From assembly GCA_964270895.1 (NCBI GenBank), contig OZ185436.1: DNA of 64,000 bases; one strand, given 5' to 3'. Each line of letters opens with the position of its first letter. Position 1 is the stretch's first letter. Both the position numbers and the translations under genes were made by a program. The DNA comes from Podarcis filfolensis (lineage: Eukaryota). The notes beneath the pieces are model-generated. The model was given only the letters and a program-made list of their open reading frames with translations, did not search any database and was not told the origin of the DNA. This document shows, in pieces, positions 12,101 through 24,072 of this stretch.

Positions 12101-15100
12101 ATCCACCCTTGATTGCAGCTTTTTGTAGAACCACAAGCATAATCCAGAACTCGCCGCACGTTGACTTATTTGTGCCAAATTTAATTAAGGTCCTAAACAT
12201 TAAATAAGTCAAGACTGTAAAACTCCAAGCACTTTGCAATGAGATCTGTTGACTTCAACATTTTCCAGCACTGCATAGCAGCTGGGCTTCTAAGCGTGAT
12301 TAATGTCCTAGAGCTAGATAGCTGCACATAGAAAACATCTGAAGATAGGGTAGTAAGTAGCAAGAGGAATGCAGTGTGGCACATGATTTAAATGGTTGAA
12401 TTATAATTCTCATTAATATATTGAGGCTTAAAGGTCCATACAATAATGTGCAGGGCTGGGTCTACAAATTTTGCTGGAGGGGGCAAAAGCCTGCACTGCT
12501 ACCACCCCTTCTCTTGCAAATTCATGTAGTCTCCACCACCATCACTGAGAGGACGACAGAGGCACAGGCTTCCTTCTCTCGATGGCACCAACAGGGGACA
12601 GGACACAATGAGAGAAAATCTTTTCCCCCTTTATGTCCCATGCAGGCTTCCGTCTCTCAGTAGTGGTAGTGATGGCAGTGGGACAACAAAGGGGGAAAGC
12701 GTTTTCCCCTGTTGTCTCCCACTAAGAGAATAAAGCCTGCCGGTTCATGTCCTGTCCCACAGCCACTTCTCACCTTCCTCCTCCTGAGGCAGGCAAAGAG
12801 ATGGGCTTTTCTAATCAGCAGCAGCCTGCCAGACCATAAGGAGTCATCAAACATGTACCGAGGCCATTGTGTATCCCTGTCCTCTTTCTCCTGTGCCGCA
12901 GGGCAGGATGCTGTTTTGCCGCTACCCCAACCTGCTGCCCAGGGCATGTGCCCCCTTCCCCTCCCCTTGATCCAGGCCTGGGAATATGCATATTTTGCAA
13001 TGCTAACATGTCAACATCAAGATGTCCTTTTTCATCCCAGTTTTCAAATTGGATATAAGGATAGGATTCCCAACATACATCCTTGAATGGAAAAAAGCCC
13101 ACGCTGGTGAGAGCAGTTCCACTGCAGATGCTAAGTGGTCCTTGGGTCTGAGCACGTAGCTGTATGGAAGGCCACCTGAAAGCATCTGTAACCCACTCAG
13201 ATCTTTAAAGGAAGTGCAGAGTCCAAAACTATGTAAATACTCTTTTACTCTGCACCCAGTGCACTCCCACCATGGGTTTGGGAAGTAGGGTACACATTGT
13301 GTTAGCCACAAACCATGCCTGTCCTGTATCTGGCTGTTCATTTCTTATGCAATACAGTGGTACCTCGAGTTACAAGCACCTCAGGTTACAAATGCTTCAG
13401 GTTAACAAACTCCACTAACCTGGAAGAGTTGCCTCAGTTGAGAACTTTGCCCCAGGATGAGAACAGAAATCGTGTGCTGCCAGCGCAGCGGCAGCAAGAG
13501 GCCCCATTAGCGAAAGCATGCCTCTAGTTAAGAACAGTTTCAGGTTAAGAACAGACCTCCGGAATGAATTAAGTTCGTAACTAGAGGCACCGCTGTGCTG
13601 TCTTTTGGTGTGTTTTCCCCAAAACCAGCTTTGATCTTAATTGAGAAAAAGAGCAACCTAGCTGCATTTTAAGCCAGTAATGGGTATACAGACCAAGAGG
13701 AAGGAAGGAAGGAAGGAAGGAAGGAAGGAAGGAAGGAAGGAAGGAGCTATTCAAGAGGTGTAGATCTGTATGTACAAAAGTGTAGCATGAGAATTGTTGC
13801 TAAGCAGAATCAGAGACAAAATGGGCCTGCTAAGATCTGGAATCCATTCTGGGCCCTAACAATCAAACTTCTTATATAATTACAAAACTTTAATGTACTT
13901 GATACTGAAAGAAAGATGGACAATGGGTGTTGTTTTGTCTTTAGAAAGACAAAGACTATTATGTTTTGGTAGGCTCAGGTGCCACATGAGCTTAACTCAA
14001 GACCCTCCAATATCCATGACCTGTAAAAGGCAATATACCTAATAAACAGATTAGATCTGTCAGTTTTTCTAACCATAATGGGAGTGAATTTTGGAAATGC
14101 TGATCATCTTATTTTTCAATGTTTGCTTCTTAAGTGGTCAGGGAATTTGTGATAATCCCTCTGCATACAACACCTGAAATGGCTGTTCGGGAAATTGATG
14201 AACTCTATGACGTGTACTTAGATGTAAGACAACGCTTCAAGTCTGAGGTTAGTCGCTGTTCCTTGGTGCATTTGTGCTAAAGTTGTGCTGAATATCAGCC
14301 CACCCCAGTGAACACCGGAACTTAGAAAGCTGCCTTCTGCTGAGTCAGACCAATGGTTCATCTAGCTCAGCATTCTCTGTGTTGATGGGCAGGAGCTGTC
14401 CAGGATTTCAGATGGGGGTCTCTCTCAGCCCTACCTAGAGACCAGGGATTGTGATCTTCCACATGCTAAGCAGAGGCCTTACCACTGAGCTACTGCACTT
14501 CTCCTAAAGCTCCTAGTCAAAGTGTGGCTTGGTTGTTCTGAGCAGCCCAGCCATGTTCCTGGAGACAGGATTACTACTGCCTCTCATCCGTACTAATGAA
14601 TGAAGTCATTTCAGAATTTTATCTCTCCCTCTTCCTCATAATCACACACCATTAACTTCCTCTCCTTTTTCATTTCTCTGATACTCCCCATAGATCTCTT
14701 TGCACCTGAAGATCTATTGAGATAATTCTCAGATGTGGTTGGCACACCCAGGGGAATTCATCAGTGACTCTGTGAGCCAGTCTGATCTAGGTGCGCCTGC
14801 TGCCATGATAGGGCGCCTTTGCTAAGAAGCTCAAAATAGATCACTTTCCTTTCCCAATAATAAAAAGTGGTGGAGGAAGTTGTCATACCTTTCTGCCTTG
14901 CTTTCTGCAATCCTGTCTCTTCAAATTTGTCTTTTCACAATCTCCTGCCCCACCTTGTAGAATTTCATCTTCATGGGAGACTTCAACGCTGGCTGTGGCT
15001 ATGTTGCGAAGAAACACTGGAAGAATATCAGACTGAGAAATCACACTGAATTTGTTTGGCTGATTGATGACAAAACTGACACGACAGTGAAAGCCAGCAC

Positions 15101-18100
15101 CCGCTGCCCCTATGACAGGTAACAGCTGGTTTTAGAGCTGACTTGTGAACCCTCCCATCTAGAGCCTCTGCTATTATCTGCAGTGTTGGAAAAACTCTGC
15201 TGGTTACCTTAACAAAATGCATGTTGATTTACTACAGGTTGTTAATATTGTGAGGGGGAAATGTGCACCTGGGCTATCTATGCATGGATAAATTATTGCA
15301 TATTTGGTCTCTTACCTGTGTGACATCACATCCAGCTATTAATCTATGGATAACCAATCTGTGACAAGTGCAAGAAATGGGCCTAGGCAGCTGGAGACTG
15401 TGGCTTTCCTGGACTGGAGCAGATTGGCCAATCTAGTTTCCACTGCTCCATTATTTCTTAAGAACATACACTGGAACGTGAGAGTCCTGCCAAAAACCTA
15501 TCAGAGTCCAGCATCTTGTTCTCTAAGCAGCCAACCAGATGCCTAAGGGAAACTCACAAGCAGGGCCTCACCACAACAGCGCTCTCCGCACTTACAATTC
15601 CTGGCAGCAGGTATTCAGAGACATACTGCCTCCAGCAGTGAAGGGTGGAACATAGTCATCATGGCCATTCATTTGTCTAATCCTTTTTTAAAAGCCACAC
15701 ATGGTGTCTATTTCGGAAGTGAAATCCATTGTTTATGTGACAGTGTGTGAAGACATTCTTTCTGTTCCTTGGCTCAGAAGAATAAAGCTATACCAATGCT
15801 ATCTCAAACCCTCGGTGAGTTAGGGACTTCCCCTGCATGTGAAGACAGGCTCTGGCAGATTGAGCAGATGAGACCAATAGTGGGTCCAACAGTCAAGAAG
15901 ATGATTCCTGCATATACTTGTAGAGGGAAGTGAGGGGCAGATGGAGCTTGTCAACCTGGGAAGGTAGCTCATCTAGGAGAAGGAAAACTCTGATCCTAAA
16001 CCTCCACTGCCTTGTGAGACATCTTTGGAGGGGAGGGAAAGGCTGAGGGGTAAACTTGACACAAATCCAGAGAGGAGGCCCCAAGGTGGTTGGATGGTGT
16101 CTTGTACGCCGCCTTTTAGTAGCTCCTGCAACCAAGCTGATGCCGAAAGTATTGCTTTACTTTACTTTGGACCACATCAGCGAGGCTGAGGTGGGGGTCT
16201 TGTTGCCTGGGCAGCCCAGACCTCCATACACACTGCCCAGGTTTATGCCTCAGGAGGTCACTTTGGTGCTGCTAACACCCTGAGACTGACTTCACCCCGA
16301 GAAGCACACTCCATTGTGTCTGAAGACAGACAGATGCCAACAATTACCAAGGCACAATGGGCTTCATAGAGAAAAGTTTTTCTTCCTCCCTCAAAACACT
16401 AGAATTCATGGAGCTCCAATGGAGCTGAATATTGGAAGATTTGGGACAGATGAAAGAATGTACTGTTTCACACAGCTCATAGGCTATGGCACTCGCTCCC
16501 ATAATAGGCAATGATCGCCACCAACTTGGATGGCTTTAAGAGGATTGGAAAAATTCATGGGGAATAAGCCTATCCATGGCTGCTAGCCAGGATGACTATG
16601 CTCTGCCTCCACAGCTGGAGACAGCAGTGCTTCTATTGCCAGTTGCTGGAAACTGCAGGAGGGGAGAGCGCTCTTGGGCTTGCAGATTTCCCGCAGGTAT
16701 CTAGGTGGCTACTGTGAGAACATAATGCTGGGCTAAAAGGACCATTGGCCTGATCCTGCGCTCTCGTCTTATGTTCTTATATGTACTACTGTGTGAACTT
16801 GAAGGCCACCTCCTCATACTTCATACCTGCCTTGTTGCACACGTTTTGTTTAATTCGTTGTATTCCATCATTCTTGCACATCCTACTGCGCTATGCAAGA
16901 AAAAAAGAATGAACAACTGAAACCATTCTAAAATATTTAAAAGTCTACAAAAGAGTCAAAATGTTGCATCAGTGATCCGGGGATGCAGGGAAGCAGGTTA
17001 GCCACCACTGTAATCCCCCATTGAGAGGCAGTAAGGGCAAGTTAATTGCAGCTTTTGCAACAGAACCATTCCTGGGTTGCACGTTGTCATCCTCCCTGTG
17101 CAAGTCCTTTGGTTGATTTCCAGACAGAAAACTTTTGACCTCCATGAAGTCTGCCAGGATAATCACCTGAACATACTGATGCTCACGATGAGCTCATTCT
17201 CTGCTGTTGGCACAGCACTTTCCCTCCCTCTGCCCACGCTGTTACCCTTGGCAAGATCACCTCCCTTCCTTGTTCCCGAAACAGCTGGCAAGCAAGCGCT
17301 GTGTTAGATAGGAGTGTACTTCTGAGTCACAATCCAGCCTCCTTTCCCAGCAGTGTGCATCAGGTAGTGCCAGGATGATTAGTGATGTCTGAACATAGTC
17401 CTGTGAGGACGGGGAGTTTGGGAGAAAGAGAGAAATCGCTTGGGGAAGCTCTCCTCCGGTTGTTTTTTGCACAAAGCACTGCACAGACAAATGTGTCAGG
17501 TGGGTATCCCTGTGGCAGCCTACCTGCAGTGGAATGAACTTCACCGAGCTGAGAGCAAACATTCAATCCCTGAAGATCTCCAGAGGACTTTGCATTGCAG
17601 AATTAGATGGAGAAAAAGGCTGGTATCATTGGGTTAGTGACTGCATTCCTAAGCAGTGGTGAATTGGCAAGAGTCCCAAGGCCAAGATAGAGAGGCTGGA
17701 GGGGGGCCTTTTTGCTCCCCCCGGGCCTGAGGTTCCCCATCCATGATCTGAGATACGCAGCTGGCTAACCTTCATGCTTCTCAGAATTTTGACTTACCAA
17801 GTAAGGCCTGACACCAGAACAAGAATATCAGAAGCAGTCCTAATAACAAGCACTAAAGCTTACCTGTATCTGTGCAGCTCAGCCAGAAATACTTGAGAAC
17901 CCGCTACATTTGGGATAATTTTAATTGGTTATTCTTTTGTTTTTCCTATCTTTATGACTAATGGAAACGGATCCTGTATTGAGGCACTTAAATTGCCATT
18001 TTCCATCGTCCTCTACCACCCACGGAAAGATGAAATAGCAGCTAAGAGACAAGCTATTTGTGGATCAGCTTAATTGCTGGAGTTTGCAGGCAACTCGCCT

Positions 18101-20611
18101 TGCCTTGCCCCTGGGTCGCTTGCAAATTCATCTTTGTGCTATCAAAACCCACGATGCTCCCTGCTCACCTTTTCTTTCTGACAGCAGCATATGTATTCTC
18201 CTCCTGCACAGCAGGCTAACACCCAGTGGTCTTGTTTTCGCCTCTTACAGGATTGTACTCCGTGGGGATAAACTCATAAATGCTGTTGTGCCAGACTCAG
18301 CCGGCATCTTTGATTTTCAGAGGGCCTTTTCGATGACTGAAGCACAGGTTTGTGTAAGACAGGAATAGTACACAAGCGGAGTGTTTTTGCGTTCTAGTCC
18401 TGCATCCGCCGGGGCTTGAGTCCACAGCTGCGCTGCGTCAAAACTGGGGAAGCAGACCAGTGAGAGAGGCAGGCAGCCAGTCGAGGGGAAACAAGCAGGT
18501 AGAGCCGAGAAGCAGGAAGAACCATGAGTTGAGAAATATAGGGAATCACATAACAGAATTCCAGGCACATCTGCACAGATAGACAGGTGTGTGCCATGTG
18601 TACAGCCAACATACTTCCATCACTTTATCCCCCACTGTGTTTGTCTACGCAAATCAGAGACCTGTGTGGATCATGCTGCGTAAACAGCTGGAGTAACACA
18701 ACTCCAACAACTGAGGAGCCAAGAACATGATTTATGTAGTACCTGCAGCTGCATCAGTGGCTAAACCATGAGCTGATAACAAAATACGCCACTTTAGAGC
18801 TGTACTTTGGCAGTCTTTAGATTAATGGCCTGCCAGTGTTTGAAAAAGAAAAGGTTCTGACCTCCTTTTTTACTCCTTTACCTAATCCTCAGACCTTAGT
18901 TGGCACAAAAGAGTCTTTGAGAAAGAGTATTCTTGCAAAGTATTGCTTTTATTCTTAAAAAGTCGTCTTCTCCAACCACCATCAAGATCGACAGCTTTTT
19001 ACACACACCAAACGCAACCAGCTTCCTACCATCCAACCAACCCACACCCAACACTAACATTGACCACTCTGTATATACAGGTACAATTAGGTGAAAGGTT
19101 GCATGAGTCATTGTAGGCCGCTGACTCATGCTGACTTAGTCCTTTTAGCATTAAAGAAACAGCGGCCAATTTTTAGCCGTGACATGGCCCATGTGCTCTG
19201 TCAGCGAGTCCTGCCACTGATAGGGCACTCCAACTAGCCCCTGCCCCCTAGTGTCCCTGGGAGGAGATAGAGCTCAGTGGCATAGCATCTGCTATGCATG
19301 CAGAGGGGCCCAGGATCATATAATTATAGAATCACAGAACTATAGAATTGGGAAAAGCCCTGAGGATCATCTAGTCCAACCCCTTGCAATGCAGCTGTCC
19401 TATACAGGGATCAAACTTGCAACCTTGGCATTATCGGCACCATGCTTTAACCAACTGAGCTGTCCAAGAAGGACTAGGGGGGGACTCTTGTCCTGAACCT
19501 GGAGAGCCACTGCCAGTCAGTGGGGACAATGCTGAGTTACAAAGACCAGTGGTCTGATCCTATGTTCTTGTGCACACACAGCAGGAGTGTCTGCAGGGAG
19601 GGAGACTTTGTGCAGGCTGCTACACACGCAATGGAGCCCATGTGCATCTAGAATCCTGATTGTGCAGGGCACAGTGGCATAGTGTGGGCGGAGCCACGGG
19701 GCACTTACCCTGGGTGCAAAATTCTTAGGGGCACAAAATTTCAAAAGGAAATAAAAATATTAATAAAAAATAAATAGTGGACCCTCCTGCTAACACAGAA
19801 TATCTCCCAATGTTCATGTGGATGGGCTGCGGAGAGGATTTGAGCTATGGCTGGTTGCTAGGGTGCCTTCTGCATGGGCTTTAGAAACATGACCACTCTC
19901 CCTTGGCCATGGCTGCCACTTGGGTTGGCTGCCAAGCTATTGCCCCTTCACTCCAGCCTATTGGCAGGCAGTGCCAAGGATACTTGCCTTGCCCCAGACA
20001 CTGGCAACCCATGCTATGCCACTGGAAGGATGTACAGATGGCAAGCATGGATCTAGGGTGTGATGTCATGGTCAGGACTACTCAGCACAGCCTTCTCACA
20101 TATTGGCAGAATGCACAAGAAGTTTCCCCGAAGAAGGCTAATGTGACATGGGGAAACCCACACTAACACAGTGCATTGTGCTGCAGTATTCACGATCTAT
20201 TCCCTGTGCTGTAATGTAGTAGAGCTCTCAGGTTGGTTGCATATTCCATATGTGTGCTTGTCGGACAGATGCATCCATAGCCTTCCTGAGCAATTTGGCT
20301 TTGGATGTTTGAAAGCATAGCAGCCAGATTTATTTGTGGCTTCCCTGGAATAAGGGCTATGCACCTCACTTAGGGGCTATCTTTGTGTGGCTTCATATAG
20401 CAACAAATGGCAATTACTCAACATAGTATGACTTTTAAATATTTGTGTGCAAGGGACAGGGTGTCCAATTAATCCACCTATTGTGTCCCTTACTCTGCAG
20501 GCTTTAGCAGTGAGCGATCACTTTCCAGTAGAGTTCCAGCTGAGAGCCAGCAGACATTCCCCAAGACGAGCAAGAGCAAGCAATCGTAGGCGCCTCTTGC
20601 AACAGGGCTAG
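5972..20611 (+). CDS. DNASE1L3: Deoxyribonuclease 1-like 3 (DNase gamma), complete gene: join(5972-6103,8371-8459,10392-10475,11687-11799,14135-14247,14961-15118,18251-18347,20501-20611), 897 nt, 298 aa
   Basis: Eight GT-AG-bounded exons join into one open frame with a signal peptide, ICSFNVRSFGE, MEIKD, KEQYAF, SREP, PLHTTP, MGDFNAGC, PYDR and VSDHFPVEF, plus a basic C-terminal tail. The gene is convergent with FLNB, as in human. Confidence 0.97.
7671..8008 (+). mobile_element. Sauria SINE, near full length
   Basis: tRNA-like head, BovB-like 3-prime end with an ACCTTT tail and an 11-bp TSD CTCTGGAAAAT (7660-7670, 8009-8019). Closely similar to the copy at 53200-53560. Confidence 0.9.
8371..8459 (+). 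CDS. DNASE1L3: DNASE1L3 exon 2 (VISQCDIMLLMEIKDNSNRLCPFLLEKLNG)
   Basis: Acceptor cctgcag|, donor GG|gtgaga, 89 nt, contains the catalytic Glu of MEIKD. Confidence 0.96.
9281..9760 (+). mobile_element. tRNA-derived (Squam3-like) SINE split by two later insertions
   Basis: Head at 9281-9360, middle agggctgggga at 9435-9445, remainder from 9688. The inserts are bounded by CACCAGTT and GCTGGG duplications. Confidence 0.6.
9446..9687 (-). mobile_element. RTE-clade LINE 3-prime fragment
   Basis: The minus strand encodes KGVIDFEDAQTQGEREK...(frameshift)...PHCGRTCGSRIGLHSHLR, the C-terminal zinc-finger-like end of RTE ORFs, followed by a (GAA)n tail. Confidence 0.75.
10392..10475 (+). CDS. DNASE1L3: DNASE1L3 exon 3 (HSQEKYSYMVSNRLGRRTYKEQYAFFYR)
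   Basis: Acceptor ttctccag|, donor AG|gtaagt, 84 nt. Confidence 0.95.
11687..11799 (+). CDS. DNASE1L3: DNASE1L3 exon 4 (SKMVSVKQIYQYPDLQPDDEDALSREPYVVWFSSPKT)
   Basis: Acceptor cttcag|, donor G|gtgaga, 113 nt, SREP motif. Confidence 0.96.
13355..13595. mobile_element. Tigger/pogo-like MITE
   Basis: TA|CAGTGGTACCTCG ... AGAGGCACCGCTG|TG; degenerate TIRs with a TA-type TSD. Confidence 0.75.
13699..13745. repeat. (GGAA)n microsatellite
   Basis: Read directly from the sequence. Confidence 0.95.
14135..14247 (+). CDS. DNASE1L3: DNASE1L3 exon 5 (VVREFVIIPLHTTPEMAVREIDELYDVYLDVRQRFKSE)
   Basis: Acceptor cttcttaag|, donor GAG|gttagt, 113 nt, catalytic His in PLHTTP. Confidence 0.96.
14319..14504 (-). 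mobile_element. tRNA-derived (Squam3-like) SINE
   Basis: Reverse complement has an agtagctcagtggtaag head and a ctagatgaaccattggtctgactc...aggcagcttt tail shared with 32272-32462. Confidence 0.65.
14961..15118 (+). CDS. DNASE1L3: DNASE1L3 exon 6 (NFIFMGDFNAGCGYVAKKHWKNIRLRNHTEFVWLIDDKTDTTVKASTRCPYDR)
   Basis: Acceptor ccttgtag|, donor AG|gtaaca, 158 nt, MGDFNAGC motif and the conserved Cys pair. Confidence 0.97.
15850..16310 (+). mobile_element. RTE-like LINE 5-prime region fragment
   Basis: gggaaggtagctcatctaggagaaggaaaactctgatcctaaacctccactgcc resembles RTE 5-prime sequence as recalled. No ORF support. Confidence 0.45.
16355..16780 (+). mobile_element. Decayed CR1 LINE 3-prime end
   Basis: Residual ORF2 (REKFFFLPQNTRIHGAPMELNIGRFGTDERMYCFTQ), a CR1 3-prime UTR and a cttatgttcttat tail. 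Confidence 0.7.
18251..18347 (+). CDS. DNASE1L3: DNASE1L3 exon 7 (IVLRGDKLINAVVPDSAGIFDFQRAFSMTEAQ)
   Basis: Acceptor ctcttacag|, donor CAG|gtttgt, 97 nt. Confidence 0.95.
19261..19569. mobile_element. Nested SINEs: a minus-strand tRNA/CR1-tail SINE (about 19315-19466) inside a plus-strand Squam3-like SINE
   Basis: Outer head at 19261-19314 and outer tail at 19467-19569. The inner copy reads tggacagctcagttggttaaagcatggtg...ggttggactagatgatcctcaggg...ctatagttctgtgattcta on -. Confidence 0.65.
19672..20024. mobile_element. Non-autonomous DNA-transposon-like element
   Basis: Perfect 11-bp inverted termini CAGTGGCATAG ... CTATGCCACTG; no clear TSD. Confidence 0.5.
20501..20611 (+). CDS. DNASE1L3: DNASE1L3 exon 8 (ALAVSDHFPVEFQLRASRHSPRRARASNRRRLLQQG*)
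   Basis: Acceptor tactctgcag|, catalytic SDH motif, TAG at 20609-20611. Confidence 0.95.
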   Translation, partial: ALAVSDHFPVEFQLRASRHSPRRARASNRRRLLQQG

Positions 20612-20780
20612 ACAAGAGACTGCTGTTCTACAAAGAAAAGAAATTGGATGTATATTCACAAGAAAAGAGTGGGTTTAGTTTTTGACCTTTTCCTTGATGT
20701 ATGTCGGCCTCCCATATGGCCTATTTCACCAAAAATATGCAAACCGAAACTATTTTTATTGTTAAAAGCATTCAAGGTTA

Positions 20781-20791
20781 AATAAAATAAA
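20781..20791 (+). terminator. Probable DNASE1L3 polyadenylation signal (two overlapping AATAAA)
   Basis: AATAAAATAAA about 170 nt after the stop codon. It is the first canonical hexamer downstream. Confidence 0.6.
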
Positions 20792-21377
20792 TGAGCTAAA
20801 ATTAACTTTGCCGTAACCTGAAAGACAAACGCAGTGAGGCAATCTGAATGCCTTAGCAATGTCTTCAGCAGGAGTTGTTTGGTGAAACAATTTGTTCAGA
20901 GTTGTTCGGCATCTCTGCCTGTTCCCAACTTCGGTCTTCTGGCCAAAGATATTTTACAATCAAGAACTCAGAAAGAAACTACAGAAACACACTTTTTGCC
21001 ATTGACTGACTCCAGTCTTGTAGGTGGGTGCATGCACACGGGGGCGCGCACACACACACGTCACATTACTTCTTTGAAGTTAGAGAAATGTGAAATTGTT
21101 GATTTAGGTGGAACTCCAAAGGTTACCAAAATAAAAACCTAGCACTGAGACACTGAGTACTCAACTCTCCCCTCAGATCAGATCCAAGAAGAATGTGCCT
21201 TAAGGTTTTTTCAGTTTTTCCAATTTTAAGTTCAGTTCAGAGGGAGCAGTTTAACCCTCAAGAAATTTCATCAGCGTTCTAATACATACGTTTTTATAAA
21301 TAAGCTTGCCTAACATAAGCAATTTCATCTGATGTAGTACATTTTTGAGTGATATTTTCACTAGCATACACATTTGT

Positions 21378-21379
<2 letters not shown>

Positions 21380-21409
<30 letters not shown>
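21380..21409. repeat. (CA)n microsatellite
   Basis: Read directly from the sequence. Confidence 0.95.
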
Positions 21410-21410
<1 letters not shown>

Positions 21411-22239
21411 GGAATATGCCTTTTCATGCACATTACTTGGTTGGAGAACTTTGCTGCAAAATTCAGAGAACTTCAAATATTCAACAATGGCAGTGTTTCT
21501 GTTAGCCTATGGTTCCAAGGAGTGTGAATTACTGAATATTCACCTTACATACAAACTTAATCAAGTCTTCTCCCTCATCCTTAATCAAACCCAAATTCTC
21601 AGTCTGGATGAACTGAGACCATGCAAGTAGGTTGGAAAATGATGCTTTACATTTGCCTTTCTAGATTATTGCAATTTTAAAGATGGGCCAGTAGGATGAA
21701 TGTTGTAATGCTAGACTAAATTTTATTTCACAGCTTGATCTTGCTTGGGTGCTCAGGATCTAATTTCTTCCCGTATTAAGGTGACAGGGAAAATTATCCT
21801 CAAGTCAGACTGATTAATGACTTGGGTGGCTTTTTGTCCTTTTCTCTCTCTTATGGAACCATCTGTTTTATCTTCACTCTAATTGTTTGTCTTTGCACAC
21901 CATGCACAAATTGATGTCCTTTGTTAGATCAATTAATATGCAGCATGTTGGAAGTGAGATACAAGTAACACAGGGCTGTTCTCCAAGATCACAGTGAAAT
22001 ATAGCATTACATGGCAGGCTGATATGAACCTAGAAAAAGGATTGTCCTTAAAAGTAAAGCAGCAAAACGGGTGAGAACTGAAGAGGAGGAACACACCTTT
22101 GTTTAGATCTGTAATCATGTACAGCCAGTTTTCCCACCACCCTCTTTGCATATTGCAGAACACCAGTGGGAGTGGAAGATAGCTGGTTGGTACATTTACC
22201 CTTTTCATTCATTCATTGCATTTGTATCTCACCTTTTTC

Positions 22240-22420
22240 TCCAAGGAGCTAAAGGTGGCACGCATGGTTCTCTCTCACCTCATTTAACCCCCACAACAAC
22301 CCTGTGAGGGGGGTTAAGTTGAAATTACTTGCCCAGGGTCACTCAGTGAGCTGCATGGCCAAATGGGACTCACAGGTCCCAGTCCAACACTCTTAACCAA
22401 TACACCACACTGGCTCTCCA
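22240..22420 (-). mobile_element. MIR-like SINE fragment
   Basis: ggagctaaaggtggcacgcatgg...cacaacaaccctgtgagg...cccagggtcactcagtgagct...caccacactggctctc, with related pieces at about 30305 and 35815-35930. Confidence 0.5.
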
Positions 22421-22424
22421 TTTT

Positions 22425-23041
22425 TTTTTTGTTTTTTTATCATGATTTTTATTGAGTTTTCCATATTTCATTTCATTACATTACACATATCTACAGCTTA
22501 CATTATTACTCAAAAAGAGCATCGACCTCCTTCCCTCCCTCTTTTCTGTCATCCCTATAACTATAACGTATCTATCACATTTCAATAGTCACTTCTTTAC
22601 CTTATATCAACTTTTAGAATCACCCTCTAGCTTGTAAATTAGCTCCTTAATTCCACATTACCAAACATTTCATGTTAAAGCTACAAACGATTTCAAATGT
22701 TTACAATTTTCTTTCAAATAATCAATAAATTTGCTCCAGTCCTTTTGAAACCTTTCATCGGGTCGATTCCTGATTTTCCCCGTCAACTTCGCCAGTTCCA
22801 TGAATTCTACCATCTTTATCTTCCAGTCATCCAGGGTGGGGAGTTCTTGCTGCTTCCATCTTTGAGCCAGGAGGATTCTTGCAGCCGTTGTGGCGTACAT
22901 AAACAAATTTACAGCTTTTTTGTGAATTTCCTCACCAATTAACCCCAATAAAAATGCCTCTGGTTTTTTGCTAAAATTATATTTTAATACCTTTTTTAAT
23001 TCGTTGTAGAATTAGGCCTTAACCTTAGTGCAGGACCACGA
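22425..23041 (-). mobile_element. 5-prime-truncated L1 LINE with poly(A) and 16-bp TSD
   Basis: ORF2 C-terminus (KPEAFLLGLIG...LFMYATTAARILLAQRWK...DWSKFIDYL). TSD ACTGGCTCTCCATTTT at 22409-22424 and 23042-23057. Confidence 0.85.
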
Positions 23042-23983
23042 ACTGGCTCTCCATTTTGATGTTCCAACACTCGCTACCATGAACCACAGAGCCCATGGTG
23101 CTTCCATGTTCAACCACACGGGCCAGCAGTAGAAGGATCAGCATGAAGATATATTGAAAGCAATCCTAAAATGGGCAGGAATTGGAGTGAAAAGGGGATG
23201 CGGCATCTCCTATTTTTAAATTTGATGGATGGTAGGACTTATATTTTCTTGGAAGTGTAACCCACCAGTGCTGGGCAGCTGCACTGTACTTAGTGCTGCC
23301 TGGTGGGTAGAAATGGCATGTGGAAACAAGACCACGATGGATGATGAAAACATCAAAGGGCTTACACAAGGAAGTACACAGATATGAGCTGTCACCAAGA
23401 CTTTGCCACAATGATCTCCTATTCTTTGTTTTTATATCATTGCTGCTCTTTACAACTGTGGTGTTTGATATTTATTTATTTAGCAAGCTTTTTATACCGC
23501 TTTATCAAAAAGAAAACCTCTAAGTGATTTGCATAAAATAGTATGAAACGTTCATTTCAAAAAAATAGCGATAAAAGCAGACATTTAAAACATTTCTCAG
23601 AAGTGCAAAGCACTGGTCACAGCATCAGTTCTGCACTTTTTATCACCACTAGAGACATAGGATGTCACCCAACTAACATCAGTACAAGGATTTATGCTTT
23701 TGCAGCGGAACCATCCCTAGTTTTGTCCCTCTGTGTGCACCTCACAACCTCCCCAAATCTGCTCTGGAGGTTTGAGAGAACACCTAGATCGGATTAAGCA
23801 GGGAGGGGTGAAAAACTCAATTGGTGAGAGTTTTATTTGGATACGGCCCATAGGGTTCTATCCAACTTGGTGCACGATGAAGTGCAATGGAAGTTCCTCT
23901 TTCTCTTTCTTCCCTGTGTCCCCAAAATGTGTTAATGTTCTATCACCCACCCTCTGGAGCAGATTTTGCAGCTGAATAGGAGG

Positions 23984-24072
23984 CATAGCTGTCAACGTTT
24001 CCCTTTTTTTAAGGGAAATTCCCTTATTCCGAATAGGATTCCTCGCAAGAAAAGGAAAAGTTGACAGCTATG
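23984..24072. mobile_element. 89-bp hAT-type MITE
   Basis: TIR CATAGCTGTCAAC ... GTTGACAGCTATG with a perfect 8-bp TSD ATAGGAGG (23976-23983, 24073-24080). Confidence 0.9.
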
